Part shown: one piece after another, positions 1 through 14,896 of the stretch
Numbering within the stretch: the first letter of the stretch is position 1
Layout of the letters: each line of letters starts with the position of its first letter
From: the human T2T-CHM13v2.0 reference genome, Homo sapiens
Reading direction: 5' to 3' (one strand)
Length of the DNA: 64,000 nucleotides
Assembly: GCF_009914755.1 (NCBI RefSeq)
Contig: NC_060932.1
The notes under the pieces: model-generated
Databases searched by the model: none
The model's input: only the letters and a program-made list of their open reading frames with translations
Told to the model about the DNA's origin: nothing
Translations under genes and position numbers: made by a program

Positions 1-504
1 AATGTATTCCTGGTTAAGCATAATTCATGGAGAGATATACAGATGGAATTTATCTTTAGGTCTCCAGGGTTTAAAATTTGTTATTTAAAAAAAGCATTTA
101 AAAGTTAACATTTTGCTGAATCCAAGTGCTATAAATAACTTCCTTTCCTAGCTTTGTTTTGCATAATCATGAATCTAGCCTCAAATACACAAGGAAAGCA
201 CTGCAGCCTCTTGTCACCAGGAAGAGAGACTGGCAAAGTAAGCTTCCCAACTACCTTCTGAGCACGCATATGCCTGGGTAATGAAAATTCAAAGTAAACT
301 CCAATTTTAAACTTGCTGCAATTTCCTTAGGAACTGGGAGAGAAATCATTCTCCTGGATAAGCTGTGGCTAAATTGAGCTGGGCTATGACTTTACAATGC
401 TTTAATGAATCTTATTTGCAAGATATTCCAGAATGAAGTCACTGCCTTTTCTAAACATTTATTTCATGGTTGGTTGTTGACTTCCTACCCCTCCCTTCAA
501 AAAG

Positions 505-543
505 ACACACACACCACACACACACACACACACCATACACACA
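505..543. repeat. Imperfect (CA)n microsatellite
   Basis: acacacacaccacacacacacacacacaccatacacaca. Confidence 0.9.
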
Positions 544-999
544 ATGATTTTCCTTTATTCTGCCTTATCTCAATTAGAGTCATCATCTCCTTTCAAGGGT
601 CATTTATCTCACGACCAGGAAGCAGTTTTGCAAACTAGTAGAAATAATATAAGAAGCTAGCATTTACAGAAGAGTTATTATTTGGCAGGTAATAAATTAT
701 CATTATACATATACTATTTTATTTAATGTGGATAAAACTATGAGTTAGGAAAGACTGTCCTGCATTTACACATGAGGAAACTGAGGCTCCCTGTGGTAAA
801 GGCATTTTCCCAAACTCAGCTAGTGAGAGTCCCACATCCCAAATGCTGTCAAGGGCTCCATTTCTTTGGCCTTCTCCCATGGTCACATGTGTGTTCTAGA
901 TTGGACGTTCTCTCACTGCTTGGTTTCAACTCATAATGGTGACTCTCTTGTTTTCTCCTCCATTCTTAGCTACTAACTTGAGCTTTGTCACAGCGTGAT

Positions 1000-1555
1000 G
1001 GCTAAGAGGGCAGCTTCTGAAACCCAGATACACGTGTACGACTCTTAGTTCTATCATTTCATATCTATGAGACCTGGGGCCAATCAACCTCTCTGTTGTT
1101 TTCTCATCCATAAAATGGGAGTAAAATAATTACACCTACTTGCAAAGCATTGTTATCGTGTGAACTAAAATTTAAAAACGTACACAAAGGGCTTTGTTCA
1201 CAACTGAACTGACAATTCTCAACAAAGGTTAGCTATTATTATTGCTGTCATTTTCAACCATGGGGGCTGGCCACAGGAGGGACACATTCCTCTATCAGCC
1301 TCACATAGTGCCCATCCTGCACACTGGTCACAAACACAGACTTTGTGATCGGACGGCCCAGGTTCAAACCCTGGCTCTACGACTTCCGGGTGGTATGACT
1401 TTAGATAAACGCCTTCTCTAAGTCACTGTATCCTCATCTGTAAAACAGGAGTAGTAAAACACCTCATCACCTTGTTGCAATAATTCAATGAGGTATTCCA
1501 GACAAAAAAATCAGCACAGTGCCTGCCATACAGCACATACCTTATAGGTATAAGA
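1000..1555 (+). mobile_element. Two adjacent MIR SINE fragments
   Basis: MIR core-like motifs ttctcatccataaaatggga and ggttcaaaccctggctct...cctcatctgtaaaacagg; boundaries approximate. Confidence 0.65.
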
Positions 1556-1562
1556 TGCTGTT

Positions 1563-2146
1563 TGTTGGAGTTCAATCAGGCTGGTGGGAAAAATATTAAA
1601 GATAGCTATAGTAATAGTCAAAAACTCTCTTGGAAGGCCTGAGAGTTTGCGTAGCTTCAGATTGCTTGGCTGAAGGCAGCCAGGGTCTCTTTGCAGGAGC
1701 CAGAAAGATTAGGGTGCAAGTACAAAGGAACATGGGAAGTTTATCTTACTAACCTGTTTACTTATATGGGCTTAAGACTAACCTTTGTCCTACTAGGGAT
1801 ACTTTACTGCCTCCTACTCAGGGGTCAGCAGAAGTTTATTACCCACAAACTGTGTTTGCTTTAGGCCTGAGAACCTGGCCTTTAATCTTTACCCTCTAGT
1901 GGTGTTTACTCATAACTTTTGTTAATTAGTCTTACTGAATAAATATGAGCCTCACTAACTGACCAGGGCTGAGTCGCAACTGTTTACAGAACTCAGCTTG
2001 GAGCCTGTAAGCCGCTGGGCCCCTCAGCTGGACTGGCAGAGCAGAATATCTGTGTCAGTGTATGTTTATTCATCCATCGCCGAATCACGGGCTTGCAGGA
2101 ACAGACCCCCCACAGCTAGTGCCCCCGCGAAAGGGGCACTGCCTCT
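1563..2146 (+). mobile_element. Solo LTR of the LTR22 family (HERV-K HML-5)
   Basis: Starts TGTTGGAGTTCAATCAGGCTGGTGGGAAAAATATT, has an internal AATAAA, and is flanked by the 6-bp TSD GCTGTT (1557-1562 and 2147-2152), typical of ERVK. Confidence 0.8.
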
Positions 2147-2869
2147 GCTGTTAGTGCTAAGATCCTTGTGACTGTTCTTATAACTCATCCTGAACTCCTT
2201 TCACTCCCTAGTAGAAGCTTTTCTTCTCCCAACTACCCTGGAGTATCAGTAACTCCAAGCCCATTTCATGGCCAAATCTTAGAGTCAACTTCCATTTATC
2301 ATTCCTCTCTACATGATGCCTGCCAATGCTCAACCTGAACCCAGTCCTAAGGGCTGCACTTGGTGGCCAGGCAGCTCACCCTTTCCACTCACACAGTTTC
2401 CATTTACACAGTTACGACCTCTGCCATGATGCTCACCAAGACACCATGCACTATAGCAGCAACTGCCTGTATGCCCTTGGTCTCCTGGGCCCCACTTTCT
2501 ATATTATTGCCAGACTGACCTTTCTAAATGCCAGGTCTCCTCCTCCTGTCCTGAAGGAGACTCCTACCTTTAAAAAGGAAAAATATGACCTTTGGCGGAG
2601 TCTCTGTGGCTCTCCGTGCTGTGTCCTCAACCTTCCTCTCTAGCTTTGTGTCCCTGCCAGTTTCTAGCCCCTTAGCAACAATGCTTTCTTTCCCAAATCT
2701 GCCTTCTACTTTACTGCTTTTTATGGGCCTTGCTGTCTTCTGTCTCAGGAGCTCTTAACAACTGGTTACTGTGGAAATCGTGCCCATTTTTCTACTTATC
2801 CAAAAACTCTGAATCAACTCAGCCCCCTTTCTGCTTCCAGCAAAAAAAAAAAAGAAAAAGAAAAAAACA

Positions 2870-2990
2870 AGCCCACCTCTGTCTGAATCACCAGGTCTGG
2901 CCTGGGCTCACGAATCTGCATTTTGTATGAGTACTGCCAGGGGACTGTGATGCCGGTGCACCAAGGAATCACACTTTGGAAAATGCTTTT
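2870..2990. mobile_element. MER5-like hAT-Charlie fragment
   Basis: gaatctgcattttg...cacactttggaaaatgc motifs. Confidence 0.5.
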
Positions 2991-4318
2991 CCTTTTTAAG
3001 CCTACGAAAATGCAATCTTGCTCATAAAATGTGTTTCATATGTAATCTTTTCCTCTTCTTCCTCAGAGTGGCAAGCATTTTGTTGTTAATAATTGTATCT
3101 TCTTCTTTGCTTTGCCTGCTAGGAGCTTAGCACTAAATACATGGGTCACCACTATCAAATATCCAGAGGGTGTTTGTGCATTTTGGTCCAATACATTTAC
3201 CCCAGCCTTTATTTTCCTGTATGTATTTTTCCTCCACTCTGCCCCATTCCATTGCTAACTTTTCTTTTTACTATTCTATGCATTTTGTAAGGCTTCCCAA
3301 ATCTTCTGTGGGATTACGCAGAGTATATAAATAAAATACACACACTACCTCCAGACTCACTCTTTGCAACTGTTATTATAACATCTCCTCGTACACCTTA
3401 ACTTGTGATTAGTTCTGTCCATGGTCATCTCTTGTACTTATCTGTGACCTCATTGCACAACTGAATCTTCTTCATGTCTGAATTTCTTATAGCACATGGA
3501 ATCATGTGTTTGATGAATAGGCATTTCATAAATGTCTGTTGTTCACAATGATGTCTATGTGCATCCGTGAACATAATTTCTGGCCAACTGGCTGTCAGCA
3601 GTGTTTTGGTTGTCATAAGCAGACTGATACTAACTGGAAATGCATCCATTCCAAATATACAGTGTTTACAGACATATCCAATTAACTTTTATTATCCCTG
3701 ATTTGTATATAACAATTAGCTGTGCCATTGTTTGCTGCCATATGGATTACCCCCAACACAATAATAATTTATTAGCTTACAGAGAAAAGAAATTTGATAG
3801 GAAGAAGAAAACAACATGTAATGTGAAATAGACTCCCCATTCAACTTGAGAACTAAGGCTGGCTACAACCTCACACGACCTAAGGTTGAGGGTTGGGAAG
3901 GTCAAACTTGAAGGCTTTAAATTGTCAGGGACAAGAACAATTCTCTGACGGAATTAAGATGGAGCAATGGCCAGGATACCTGAATAATGCCCAAACCCAG
4001 CCTCCATCACTGGTTTGTCATTAGCACTCTGCCAGGGTAGCTCTTTGAGATCAATGTCCCAAGGGCAAAGGCCCACGGGAAAAAATGGAGCATTGTTTTC
4101 TTATTGGGATTTGGGGAAGTGGACCTTGAGCTTGCAGTCTGTTTAACTGGGAGTTTATTACCACTCTAGGCAACCTAATGGTATTGTTTCCTAAACTAAA
4201 GGTATTAACTTGAGTCCAGGAAGGAATTAGAGGATACACTCAACATGAGGACTCCAGGTACAGTTTATCAAAGGGGTGATTTACAAAGTGTGTGGAAGAT
4301 TTAGAAAAAGCAACTAAC

Positions 4319-4669
<351 letters not shown>

Positions 4670-4785
4670 TTATCATCCTAGGCCTGAAGAGTCAAGCAGA
4701 GACAGTGGTTATCAGAACTGGAGAGAAAGCTACATGGAGTGTGTCTCCGTGACTGGAGCTGGGGCCTTTGGAAGAAGGACACAGC

Positions 4786-4997
4786 AAATGGTATGCTGGC
4801 AAAGGTTTAACAACTGGCTCTCTGAAGAAAAATTAAAATTAAAAAAAAACAAAACACTGTTTTGTAGCATTGGCAGTTTCTCCGGTGTAAATGTTTTCAT
4901 CAAGCTATGAATGTGAAGTCGCTAAATAAGGAGTTGGAAAGTGGTCTGTACCCGTGGCTATCAAAAGCTGATATAAGCAGGCTCCAGCACACCGCCG
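4786..4997 (-). mobile_element. MER63A-like hAT-Blackjack MITE
   Basis: Degenerate TIRs aaatggtatgctgg / ccagcacaccgccg; 8-bp TSD GACACAGC (4778-4785, 4998-5005). Confidence 0.8.
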
Positions 4998-5489
4998 GAC
5001 ACAGCCAACCCTCCAGGACCCTGCAGGGAAGGAGCCTGGGGAGTGAACAGTCTGGGCCCATTCTCCTCGTAGTCACTTGCAGAAGCTCTCATAGGCTGAA
5101 CTCAATGGAAACCAAAAGGTAAAGACACGACTGAGCAGTTCTTGCAGCCAGTCTCTTGGGGCACATAGCAGGTGGGACAGCAGAGAGGGGAAACGGCCAA
5201 GTAGTCAAAAGCTAGCCAGCATGGCTAATAGGAGTTTCATTTGTTCTTTTAAATTTTGATTTCAGATCAAGTATTTGCAGTCACTGTGATGGCATAAGGG
5301 AGACAGGGTCAGGTTAACTGAAGGCTCCAATGAGTGAGGTGTGTGTTTCTTGAGGTATTGAAGCAGGCAACTGTGGTCTGGACATGATATAGAGAGTCAA
5401 GGGCCATCAAACAGGGCACATGGTGGATGCTCATCCCTGTTTGGAAAGAATAGCTTGCAAAGAGCCTAAAAAGAAGGGATTACAAGTTA

Positions 5490-6420
5490 AATTCATTCAT
5501 TCAACAACTAAGTCATTCACTCCATGTTGGGTATCCACAGTGTAGTCCTATGGCTACTAGGGCACTCAGGATGCAAAGAGAGATACAATCCTGTGGAGCT
5601 TGCAGACTGGGAGAGGGACGACAAAATTCTAAAATAAAAATTGTGCCATTGCACCCTTCTAACAAAATCAGTGGATTTCTATTGCCCAAGAATAAGCCCT
5701 AAATTCCCTATCATGGCCCACAATGCTGGGCCTCCCTGCTCCATCTTCATCTCCTGCTCCTTTCCCCTCCCTCTCTGTGCAAGTCACCTCAGCCTTAGTG
5801 CTTTTCCTGAAACACCCCAATGTCATTCCCACCTCAGGCTCTTTGTCCTTACTGTGCTCTCCTCCAGAGCTGATATCTCCCTGAGCTCATGGCATGCCTG
5901 AATCTTCCTCCGCAGTTGGGTCTCAGTTCTGCATTGGCTTCTCTGGGAGGCCTCTTCTGTCTGTCACTTGTCCTCCAGGGAATAATCATCTTGGGTGAAG
6001 GTTGTGTTGAAGGTTGTGCTGAGTTCTTGACATTCTCACTATCTGAGTATCTGTCATGAGACAACAGCCAGTCTTGCACAGCAGGACCATCATGAGGTCT
6101 CTTCCACTTTGGGTACAGTTGTAGCTTCACGGGGCCTCCAGTGAGGGTGCAAACTCCTATACTCTTATCTCCCTCATGAGTGTGTCTCAGAGACTAGGGA
6201 GCTGAGTATGTAGCAGTGAGAAGGCTCAGTAATAGAATATGCATGATCGATTTATTTAATTACATTGTGATATATTGATCTAATATTAGAAAACAAGTCC
6301 AAAATGCCAGAGATATGTCATGTTCACTATTTTTACCTCCAGCACATAGTAGGTGCTTAGTGAGTACTCAATAAATTTTTGAAAGAATAGATAGGTTAAG
6401 GAATAAAGAATGAGTGACAG
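5490..6420. mobile_element. L2 LINE fragments (both orientations)
   Basis: ttcattcattcaacaa and cacatagtaggtgctt...caataaatttttgaa L2 3'-end motifs. Confidence 0.55.
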
Positions 6421-7372
6421 CTTTTCAATTTTAGCCACAAAGAGGAATCTGGTCACTACCTAGATAACAAAAGATGTGGACAAAAAGCCAAGAAGCCTGA
6501 GAGGAGAAAGATAATAGATGCCCAATAGGAGCTGTTGTGCACACCACATGAGGAATGCAAGTAGGGGATTTCTAATTAGAACTTCCTAAAATAGGAATAC
6601 TCTTTCATATAATTCTCGATATATTCTAGCAGAAAAAAATCAGCTCGAATATGGCAACAGGTACACTTCAGTGAGGCTGGGGGAGGCAGATCAAAAGTTT
6701 GAGCTTCAGATATTCCTTTGAAATTTGTTAATCTGATGAATAGGAAATTTTCAATCAAGTTTCCAACTAATAAAGCGAGCTCCCCAAGGCCTCGGGGCTT
6801 GCAATGATGCTGTTTCCCCTTGTTCGATGCCCTTCCTCTTTCTTTCTCTGGTGAATTCAGCATGTGCATCTGAGGCCAGCTCTTTTGTGTAAGCCTTGAT
6901 GAACCCAGCTTTGTCATCTCCACAGAGATCATTTCTCACATCACCTGCCAAGGTGTTTGCTTATATATCTGTTTTCCTGCAAAATTATCAACCCTTTCAA
7001 GGTAGAGTTCCTGCTGCCTTCTCCGGTTCTGTCCCTTACCCAAGGGTCCCACATAGAGCCCTGCAAAAAGTAGTTACTCAAAACCACCTGCTGCTTGACT
7101 CATTGACAGAGGGCCTGAACAGATGTGCAACTGGGCAAATGAGGAGGGAAGAAGAGACCCAGTAAATGAGTCAATGGAGACTGTTTGCACTTGAGACTAC
7201 ATGGAACAAGCAAATATATGAATAAAAAAATGAGTAAAACAACGAATACATAAATAAGTGCATGAGTGCACTAAAAGCACTAATCTCTGTCAGATTTCAA
7301 AGTAAACCCATACCTTCTTCTTTCAACATTTACCTAGCAATGAGAGAGAACAGCCATGATAGGGAACAGCTA

Positions 7373-7621
<249 letters not shown>

Positions 7622-8188
7622 TCAAGTAGGCTAATGGCCCCAAGCTGCCTTCCAATTTCCAAAGCTTAAAATCACAGTAAATGAGACCTCACCATATGAA
7701 TGTTTCTGTTTATTGAGTCGGGCTGGTATCTCAGAAAAACCTTGTTCCATCCCCTACAAGCGATAAAATCTTGGCTAAGTCACTCATGCCGTGGGCAATG
7801 CTCCTGGGCTGCTATGCAGTGCCTGCTCAACTTCTCACCTGTTCACCTGTCCCCTTCTCTGTGAAGCATTCCATAAACCTCCTCTCCCAGAAACAATGAG
7901 GAGAAGAACGGGGAGTAAAAGACAGAAAACACCCTTCCTTCTACAAGGACTTCCTAGTGCCCATAGAGTCTCTCCCTTCTCAAAGGTGCTGCTTGCACAT
8001 CATGCATGTCATGAGAACACTCTGTCTTGCGTTTTAGGAAAATGTGCTAATCCTATTATGCTGTATATCAAGTTTTAAAGGAATTGGTTTAGCTCTGTAT
8101 CCTCCAGTGCATTCTAGATATACTATATCCCTAAACGGTACTTCAAAGTTAAGTTATATTTCAACAAGACAAATCTATGCAATGCTTC

Positions 8189-8466
8189 CACTGTCCAGGG
8201 TTATTTGGGGGAACAAATGGGTGAACTCCTCCAAATTACTTAACACATAAACTATACAGTTGGAGATACGTGTAAAAAATATATGTGTGTGTATATATAT
8301 GTATATGTATATATGTATATATGTGTATATATATACGTATATATACATATATATATATTATTCTAAAATAAATAGCACTGCCCAGGGTTATTGTGGGGGA
8401 ACAAATGGACGAACTCCTCCAAATTACTTCACACATGAACTATACAGTTGGATATACATGTAAATA

Positions 8467-8498
<32 letters not shown>

Positions 8499-8547
8499 TA
8501 CACACACGCACATACATATGCGTATATATACATACTAAAGTAAATAA
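8189..8547. repeat. Two-copy tandem duplication (period 187 bp), each copy carrying a TA/CA microsatellite
   Basis: cactg(t/c)ccagggttatt...gaactcctccaaattactt(a/c)acacat(a/g)aactatacagttgga starts at both 8189 and 8376. Confidence 0.9.
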
Positions 8548-8748
8548 TACTAATATTTGTATAAGGCAATGATTACCTATTGATTACCTATTTATAATAG
8601 GGAACAACTATATGGCATTTTACAAGTTCTAAAGTGCTTTTCAATTGTGGTTACTTTCCTTAATTATCATAACAAACCCATAAGGTAAATTTTACACCAG
8701 ATGAAGAGACAAAGGCTCAAAGCAGAGGCAGGTGCCTAAATATGCACT

Positions 8749-9097
8749 TGTTATGAATGTTTATGTCTCCCCAAGATGCATATCTTTCACCAATGTGATT
8801 ATATTTGGAGGAGGAGCCTTCAGGAGGTAATTACATCCTAAGGGTAGAGTTCTCATATATGGGATTAATGCCCTTATAAAAAGAGGTCAGAGGTCTGTTC
8901 CCCTCACCTTTCCCACCATGCAAGGATACAATGAGAGAAGTCATCACTCTGCAAACCTGGAAAAGGACCCTCACCAGAACCTGACCATGCTGGCATCCTG
9001 ATCTCAAACTTCCAATCTCTAGAACTGTGAAAAATACATTTCTGTGGTCAATAAGGCACCCAGTTTATGGCATTTTGTTAGCAGACTGAGATGGAGC
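8749..9097 (+). mobile_element. MaLR solo LTR (MLT1A-like)
   Basis: gggattaatgcccttataaaaagagg and ccctcaccagaacctgaccatgctggcatcctgatctc motifs. Confidence 0.8.
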
Positions 9098-12000
9098 ATT
9101 GCTATATAATGAAGCATTGTGTAGATTCATCCTCACATCTACCTCTTTAGTAAGAGAGAAAATGAAGTCTCCAGTGAAAGAATAAAATGCATCTATTTCC
9201 TAGCAAAGGGTGGGGACTCTATAAAACAGTACTGAAAGAATTAGTTTGACTGAAATGGGAGCCAAGAAAAAAAAAAAAAAAACAGCCCAACTAGCAAAGA
9301 AAAATCCTAAGTACCTTGTACACTGTCTCTGGATGAGTCAAAGAGTTCTTTGAAACAGGGACACAGGATCACAGTCACCTCCCAATGCAGTCACATCTAA
9401 ACAAACACCTACCTTGTAGCTTCTGAGCAAGGAATACAAAATATGTAAAATGCCAGGTTGTTTCCAAGGCTACTCAGATGTGCCTGCTCTAATTTGCACT
9501 TTGTCATGAAGGCAATAAAATTACTGGCCTAATGCAGTTCTATTTAGACCTGCTGTATTCAAATTGATGCGGCTATTAAATAAAAATGATTCATGTGTGC
9601 AGATGCCTCTCTGTTTTTACTTGCTACACTAGCTCTTTCTCTATCACTGTCTAGGCCCCACTGATCTATAAGCCAGAATGACAATGTGGCAGCGGGTGGA
9701 TGGGGTGAATACCCTGAAGGTCAGAGCAGCCCTGAGCCGTCTGCCACCAGGAGGGTCAGCCAGCAAAACAGTTCAATCACTTGCTGTCTTGGGCAAGTGA
9801 CATCACCTCTTGTAACAGCAGCTTTCCATGTGAGAAATGGACACAGCCACACTGACCTTGTGGGATCACTGTGGACACAAAGAGGATAAAATAGATCAAG
9901 CTCCTAAGACCAGGCACGCTCTGGGCATACAATATACAGTATGATGATTTTTTAATTGTGTTTGCAGAGAAACTTCTGAGTACTTTCTGTTGAATATATT
10001 ATCATTGGCCACATTTTTATGGGAGATTAAGCGCCTCTGAATTTGAGCAGATTGGCAAACAGACCACAGGGCTTAATGGGTATTTACTGAAAGTCACCAA
10101 ATCCCGAGGTGACCCATTAAGCCTGGGATAAGGCATTTTTCATACCTTAGGAGGCTTTCTGGGTCAACTCCTCACCACTGTTAAATAGGGCATCGCATAG
10201 AACAGGTGTCTTTTTTTACAAGGGAAGGCTCACCAATCGCAAGACACTTCCCTGGGATTGTGGAGATCACTGGGACAACACTCCCTGCTTCATTCCCATT
10301 GGGATTTTCCCTTCTTCAACAACAATCCACATCTGGATACCCGACCCACTATCCTCACTCCTCCTTGCTGGTGAAATCAGCACCCAGAGACAGCAAAAGT
10401 ACATACTCTCTCTGCCCTTAAAGACTAACTCATACTTTGGGATGGCAGTCTTTCCTAGCTATGTGGTAAATAGCCACTTTTCATTTTAGAGTATTTTTAT
10501 GTATTTTTAGGCAACAAGATTTCTACTCAAGGGGTCCAATGAGAAGGTGTAGACTAGAGTCTTCCTACATATCTGTCTTCTTCTTTTGTGGGTGTCAGCC
10601 TTGGTACCACGCATAACAAGAGTTGAAACTTTAAGGGGAAAAAAGAGATGAAAAGAAAATGGGTGGAAGAAGGAAAGGGAATGTGAAAGAAAAAGAGGAG
10701 GGGAGCAGAGAAAAGAGAATACAGCAGAGGAGGTAAGAGGAACTCTTCAGGTTTCAGCTGCACAAAGAATACGTTCCAAACAACTTAACACAGAATTTCA
10801 GGCCAGATGGCAAGAGAAAAAAAGACTTTTAGGTGCTGTAGTTTCTTCTTCTCCCCCCACAAAATGAATGATATTGATACTTTATAGATCTATGCACCTT
10901 TAAATGTTTAAACCTTAAATGATGACATTCCCTCAGCTGGAGTTCCCAGCAGCCCCAGAGGGATCTGTGAGTGTGGAATACAAAATACAGGTATTATTCT
11001 TCTGACAGGGACTCTATGCCCAATGCTCAAACCAACAGCACCCTTAGGGACCATCTACTTGTGGACTAAACCTCAATCTCATTCCAAGAACATAGCCATG
11101 GCTCTGCCTGCATGTAGGAGATTCCCAAAGAATCAGTTCTGTGCCCAAACACCAGAAGACAACCCTTTCAATTCCCCAGGCCTGAAGCCAGCTGGCTGAG
11201 GTCTGGACTGTGTGAATTCCTTTAAACTCAGGATATACTCAGAGAATCTTCCAACATATTAGAGCCAACAGAAGTGGAAAAGCCCCATTAGACTATGGGT
11301 TCCTCAAAGTCACAATGTTGGTTTTCATATGGTTTAGAAAATGCTCCTGTAGTAAGGGAAATATAAGTTCTAGACTTGTCCCCACTTTCCAGCTGTGTGG
11401 CCTTAGGCAGGACTACAGAATCCGAGCTCCAATGAGACAAGAATCATGCCTTACTTAATTTCCATAATGAATGTGAGGCTTAGGCAAAATGGTGAGTGAA
11501 GAAGTATGTTTTTTACTGAAAAATTATCAAAATCCAAACAGATTTCTTCATAGATTGAAGAGGACAACGATTAAGACTCTTCAGGTAGGGTGAATTTTCG
11601 GACCCTTTCTAGGAACGGGAAGGACAGAAAGTCACCCTGAAGCCAAACTTTATTTTTTTTCCAAAGATTGTAAGCAATAGGCAGAAGAGAAAGCCACTTT
11701 GAAAAAGGTATTCATTGTTTTTCCAGAGAAGGACCAGAATAATTTCCTGTAGTTGAGCATGTGCTGCCTAGCTCACAGGGTCATCGAGCCTTCAATGCCA
11801 GGGTAGGGAGGTCCAATACATGACTTCTTGAGACTCCCCCAAGGTTGCTACTTTCCTGGAGAGCCCATCACTGGAGGGCAAGTGGAAAAATATGGATAAG
11901 AAACCAGGAACTCCTGGGAGATAGGCAACCATGGTCTTGATGACTTTTCTTAAGGTTGAAAATCAGGGATACTGTTGGACTGGGACAGACCCTTCCCAAC

Positions 12001-12202
12001 CAAGGTGATACTAGTGTCAATCACACAGCACAACCTGTTCCCAGAAATGAAGCTATCTTGAGAAAAGCTGGGGCCCAGAATGACAACTCTGGATGTTCAG
12101 AAATGCTCAGGGCTTCATGGGTAGAAGGTTGGTTTGGCTACATTGTGAGCTGGAAAGATGAGGACCCACCTAACCTGAAACAAAGATTGTGCTGTCAAGA
12201 GC

Positions 12203-12547
12203 AATATCTTGGTTCACTGTGTGCTGCAATAACACAATAGCACAGACTAAGTAATTCATAATGCACAAAATTTGATTGGCTCACAGTTCTGGAGGCTGGG
12301 AAGTCCAATATCAGGGTGCTTGCATCTGGCAAAGGCCTTATTTCTGCATCATCCCATTGCAAAAGGCAGAAAGGCCAAGAGACAAAAGTGAGCTGAACTT
12401 GCCCTTTTACAAAGGCAGGAATCACACCCAGTAGGGTAAAGCCCTCATGGCCCAAACACCTCTTACAGTTCTCACCTCAAAACTGTTACAATGGCAATTA
12501 AAGCTTCCACACACATTTTGGAGGGGACAAACGTTTAAATCATAGCA
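12203..12547 (-). mobile_element. MaLR solo LTR (MST-like)
   Basis: ggctcacagttctggaggctgggaagtcca ... ttttggaggggacaaacgtttaaatcatagca. Confidence 0.85.
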
Positions 12548-14549
12548 GTTTCTAATGAGTTATAACCTGGGAGCTCAGGGTGGAGGCCCTAGTGGCCTGT
12601 GCAGATAACTGGAGCAGCAAAGGGTTCACTTTTGAACACCCTCAAGCTTCCTCTAAATTCTAAAGACCTATGCTTCAATAGAGACCCTGTGTGCCAATGA
12701 GATGCCCCAGCAGCAAGGGACTGATGAGATTCATTTCTATCCTAAACTAGCATTCAGAAAATGACCACACTTCATTGTGTCAGCCCAGGGCTTCTTGGAT
12801 GATGTGACATGGGAAAAGTAAGTGGCATTTCTGCTAACAGGGCATTGAGATCTACAAGCACTTACTTGAAATATCTGAAGAGATGCAATTCTGCTTGTAC
12901 CTTCAATTTTTGAAGCATATCAAATTGGTGACACATCAATAAAGAGTTGTATTTTGGTTGTCATTTTTATTTCTATCTCAAAGAATATAAAACATTTTTC
13001 TTGTTTTCTACTTAAAGTACCCTGCTGCACATGGAGTATTGGATATTTTGTTTTCATGCACATGGACATAAGTTTATGCCTCACCTATAATTTTAGATTA
13101 TTATGTTTGTATGTTTTTGCTATAAAATGTGTTTATTCATTCATTGAATATTTACTAATCACCTGCTATGCACTAGGTCTTGGGCAAAACATTGGGATTC
13201 AGCATTGAACACTCACAGGGTTCCTTTTGGGACATCTATGTTTTACACCTGTGTCTGTGGAATAGCGAATGAATATTCCCATCATTGTCCGACTCCACAG
13301 ACATCTCCTTGTGTAAATGAATGTTTCATCTTTCCACACACGTTGCATTAGTCAGAATGCCTTATATAGGCTAATTTAAAATTCTGATTGAGGCGGCAAA
13401 TTATGTAAAACAAACTGAGTTTGATCATAGATGTTATTTATTAATTATATGATTGGAAAAGTCACTTTTCTATAATATATAATACATACAAAATGGTTTT
13501 GTTAATTGCAAATTGCTCAATTAAAGCTAGCCTGAGATTTACTGGTCTAAATTCTAGATACTTTATGTTCCTTACATCGTTGAGTATGGTCTTGGGTATA
13601 TGAGTTTTCATTTTATTCATGAGGAAACTAATGATCATAGAAATTGTTACATCCTCAATGTCAAATATAGTTGATGGTACAATGATGACTCCAAATGTTT
13701 TTTTTTTTTAATTTTACTCCTTAATTTGTTTATTCATTCATTCATTATTTAACTCAACAACCACACAGGCAATATGTTAGACATAATTCTGTCACTGGTA
13801 AAGATAAAACAATGATGAGGAATATTATTCAACATTTAGTACAGTATTTCCCAACTTTTTCTCTCCTCACTTCAAATGCACTATCCATCAATTTCTGTTT
13901 AATAAAAAAAATCTGAGAATGACAGAACAAAAGGCTTTGCATATCAGTAACACTCAAATATTTAGCGAATCAATCCACCAATCAATTTATTAATAAATAC
14001 AAAAATGGAGGGATATGACTTTTGGAAGTTACCCAATGTTTGTTATAGTTCTAGTTTGTGATAGTTCTAATATCCAGAATTTCTGACTCCTAGCCTACTC
14101 TACAAGAAAACTCAACTTACAAAGCAGATACCATGCTCTGGCAGAAAGTCCTATTTGTAAGAGGGCAACTAAACTAAAGAGCCCACTAAAAAGCACCATT
14201 TAACCTACTGAAAATGAGAAAGGCTGTTGCTGCTATTTAACAGGAAGCATTCTCTCATCAACACTGAGTGGGCTTAATTACTTAATTATAAACCATTGTG
14301 ACCTACTATTAGAATAAGCCCAGTAAGGCCAGCACTTGATAACACTTTATTATCTAATAACATGTATTGCTCTATAATCTCAAAAGTAAAAGGCCAGTGT
14401 GTTGCCTCTAGTACACTTTAGTTGCTCAACACAGAAACCCACTGGATTTCCTTCGATTGGTCATAACTGCTGAGTGGTCTCAGGTATTTCAGTTTGGATT
14501 TCAATAACAGAGTCCAGTGTATGGCGTTGTACCTCATGCTTGTGTAGGC

Positions 14550-14780
14550 ACATAGATTTGAGTTAAAAGACATGGGTTTACTCTCAGCTCTGCCATTTAT
14601 ACACTGTATACCTGTGAACAAAGAACTTACCCAGTGTAAGCCTCAGTTTCCTCATCTGTGAACTGGGGATGGAAGAGCAATACTGTTTCAGGGTTTTGAG
14701 GGTTTTACGAGATGACCTATGAAAGTACCTGGTACAAGATGTAACATATAATAGGGGCTCAGACAAATGGAGTGAATAAA
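14550..14780 (+). mobile_element. MIR
   Basis: gcctcagtttcctcatctgtgaa core. Confidence 0.8.
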
Positions 14781-14896
14781 CATGCTGCTGGATTAATAGG
14801 AGTGTGGAGCTGACATGGCTATTACAAATTATCCAGCATAGAATTTTACCAGATATTAGTAGAAGTCTCAGTGGAAGTGAGGAGTGGAAAATAATC

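Noticed and set aside
9408-9416. Strong minus-strand donor AAG|GTAGGT (others near 14625, 21030, 23065, 45870)
   Set aside because: No convincing paired acceptor found by eye; expected by chance in a 45-kb intron.
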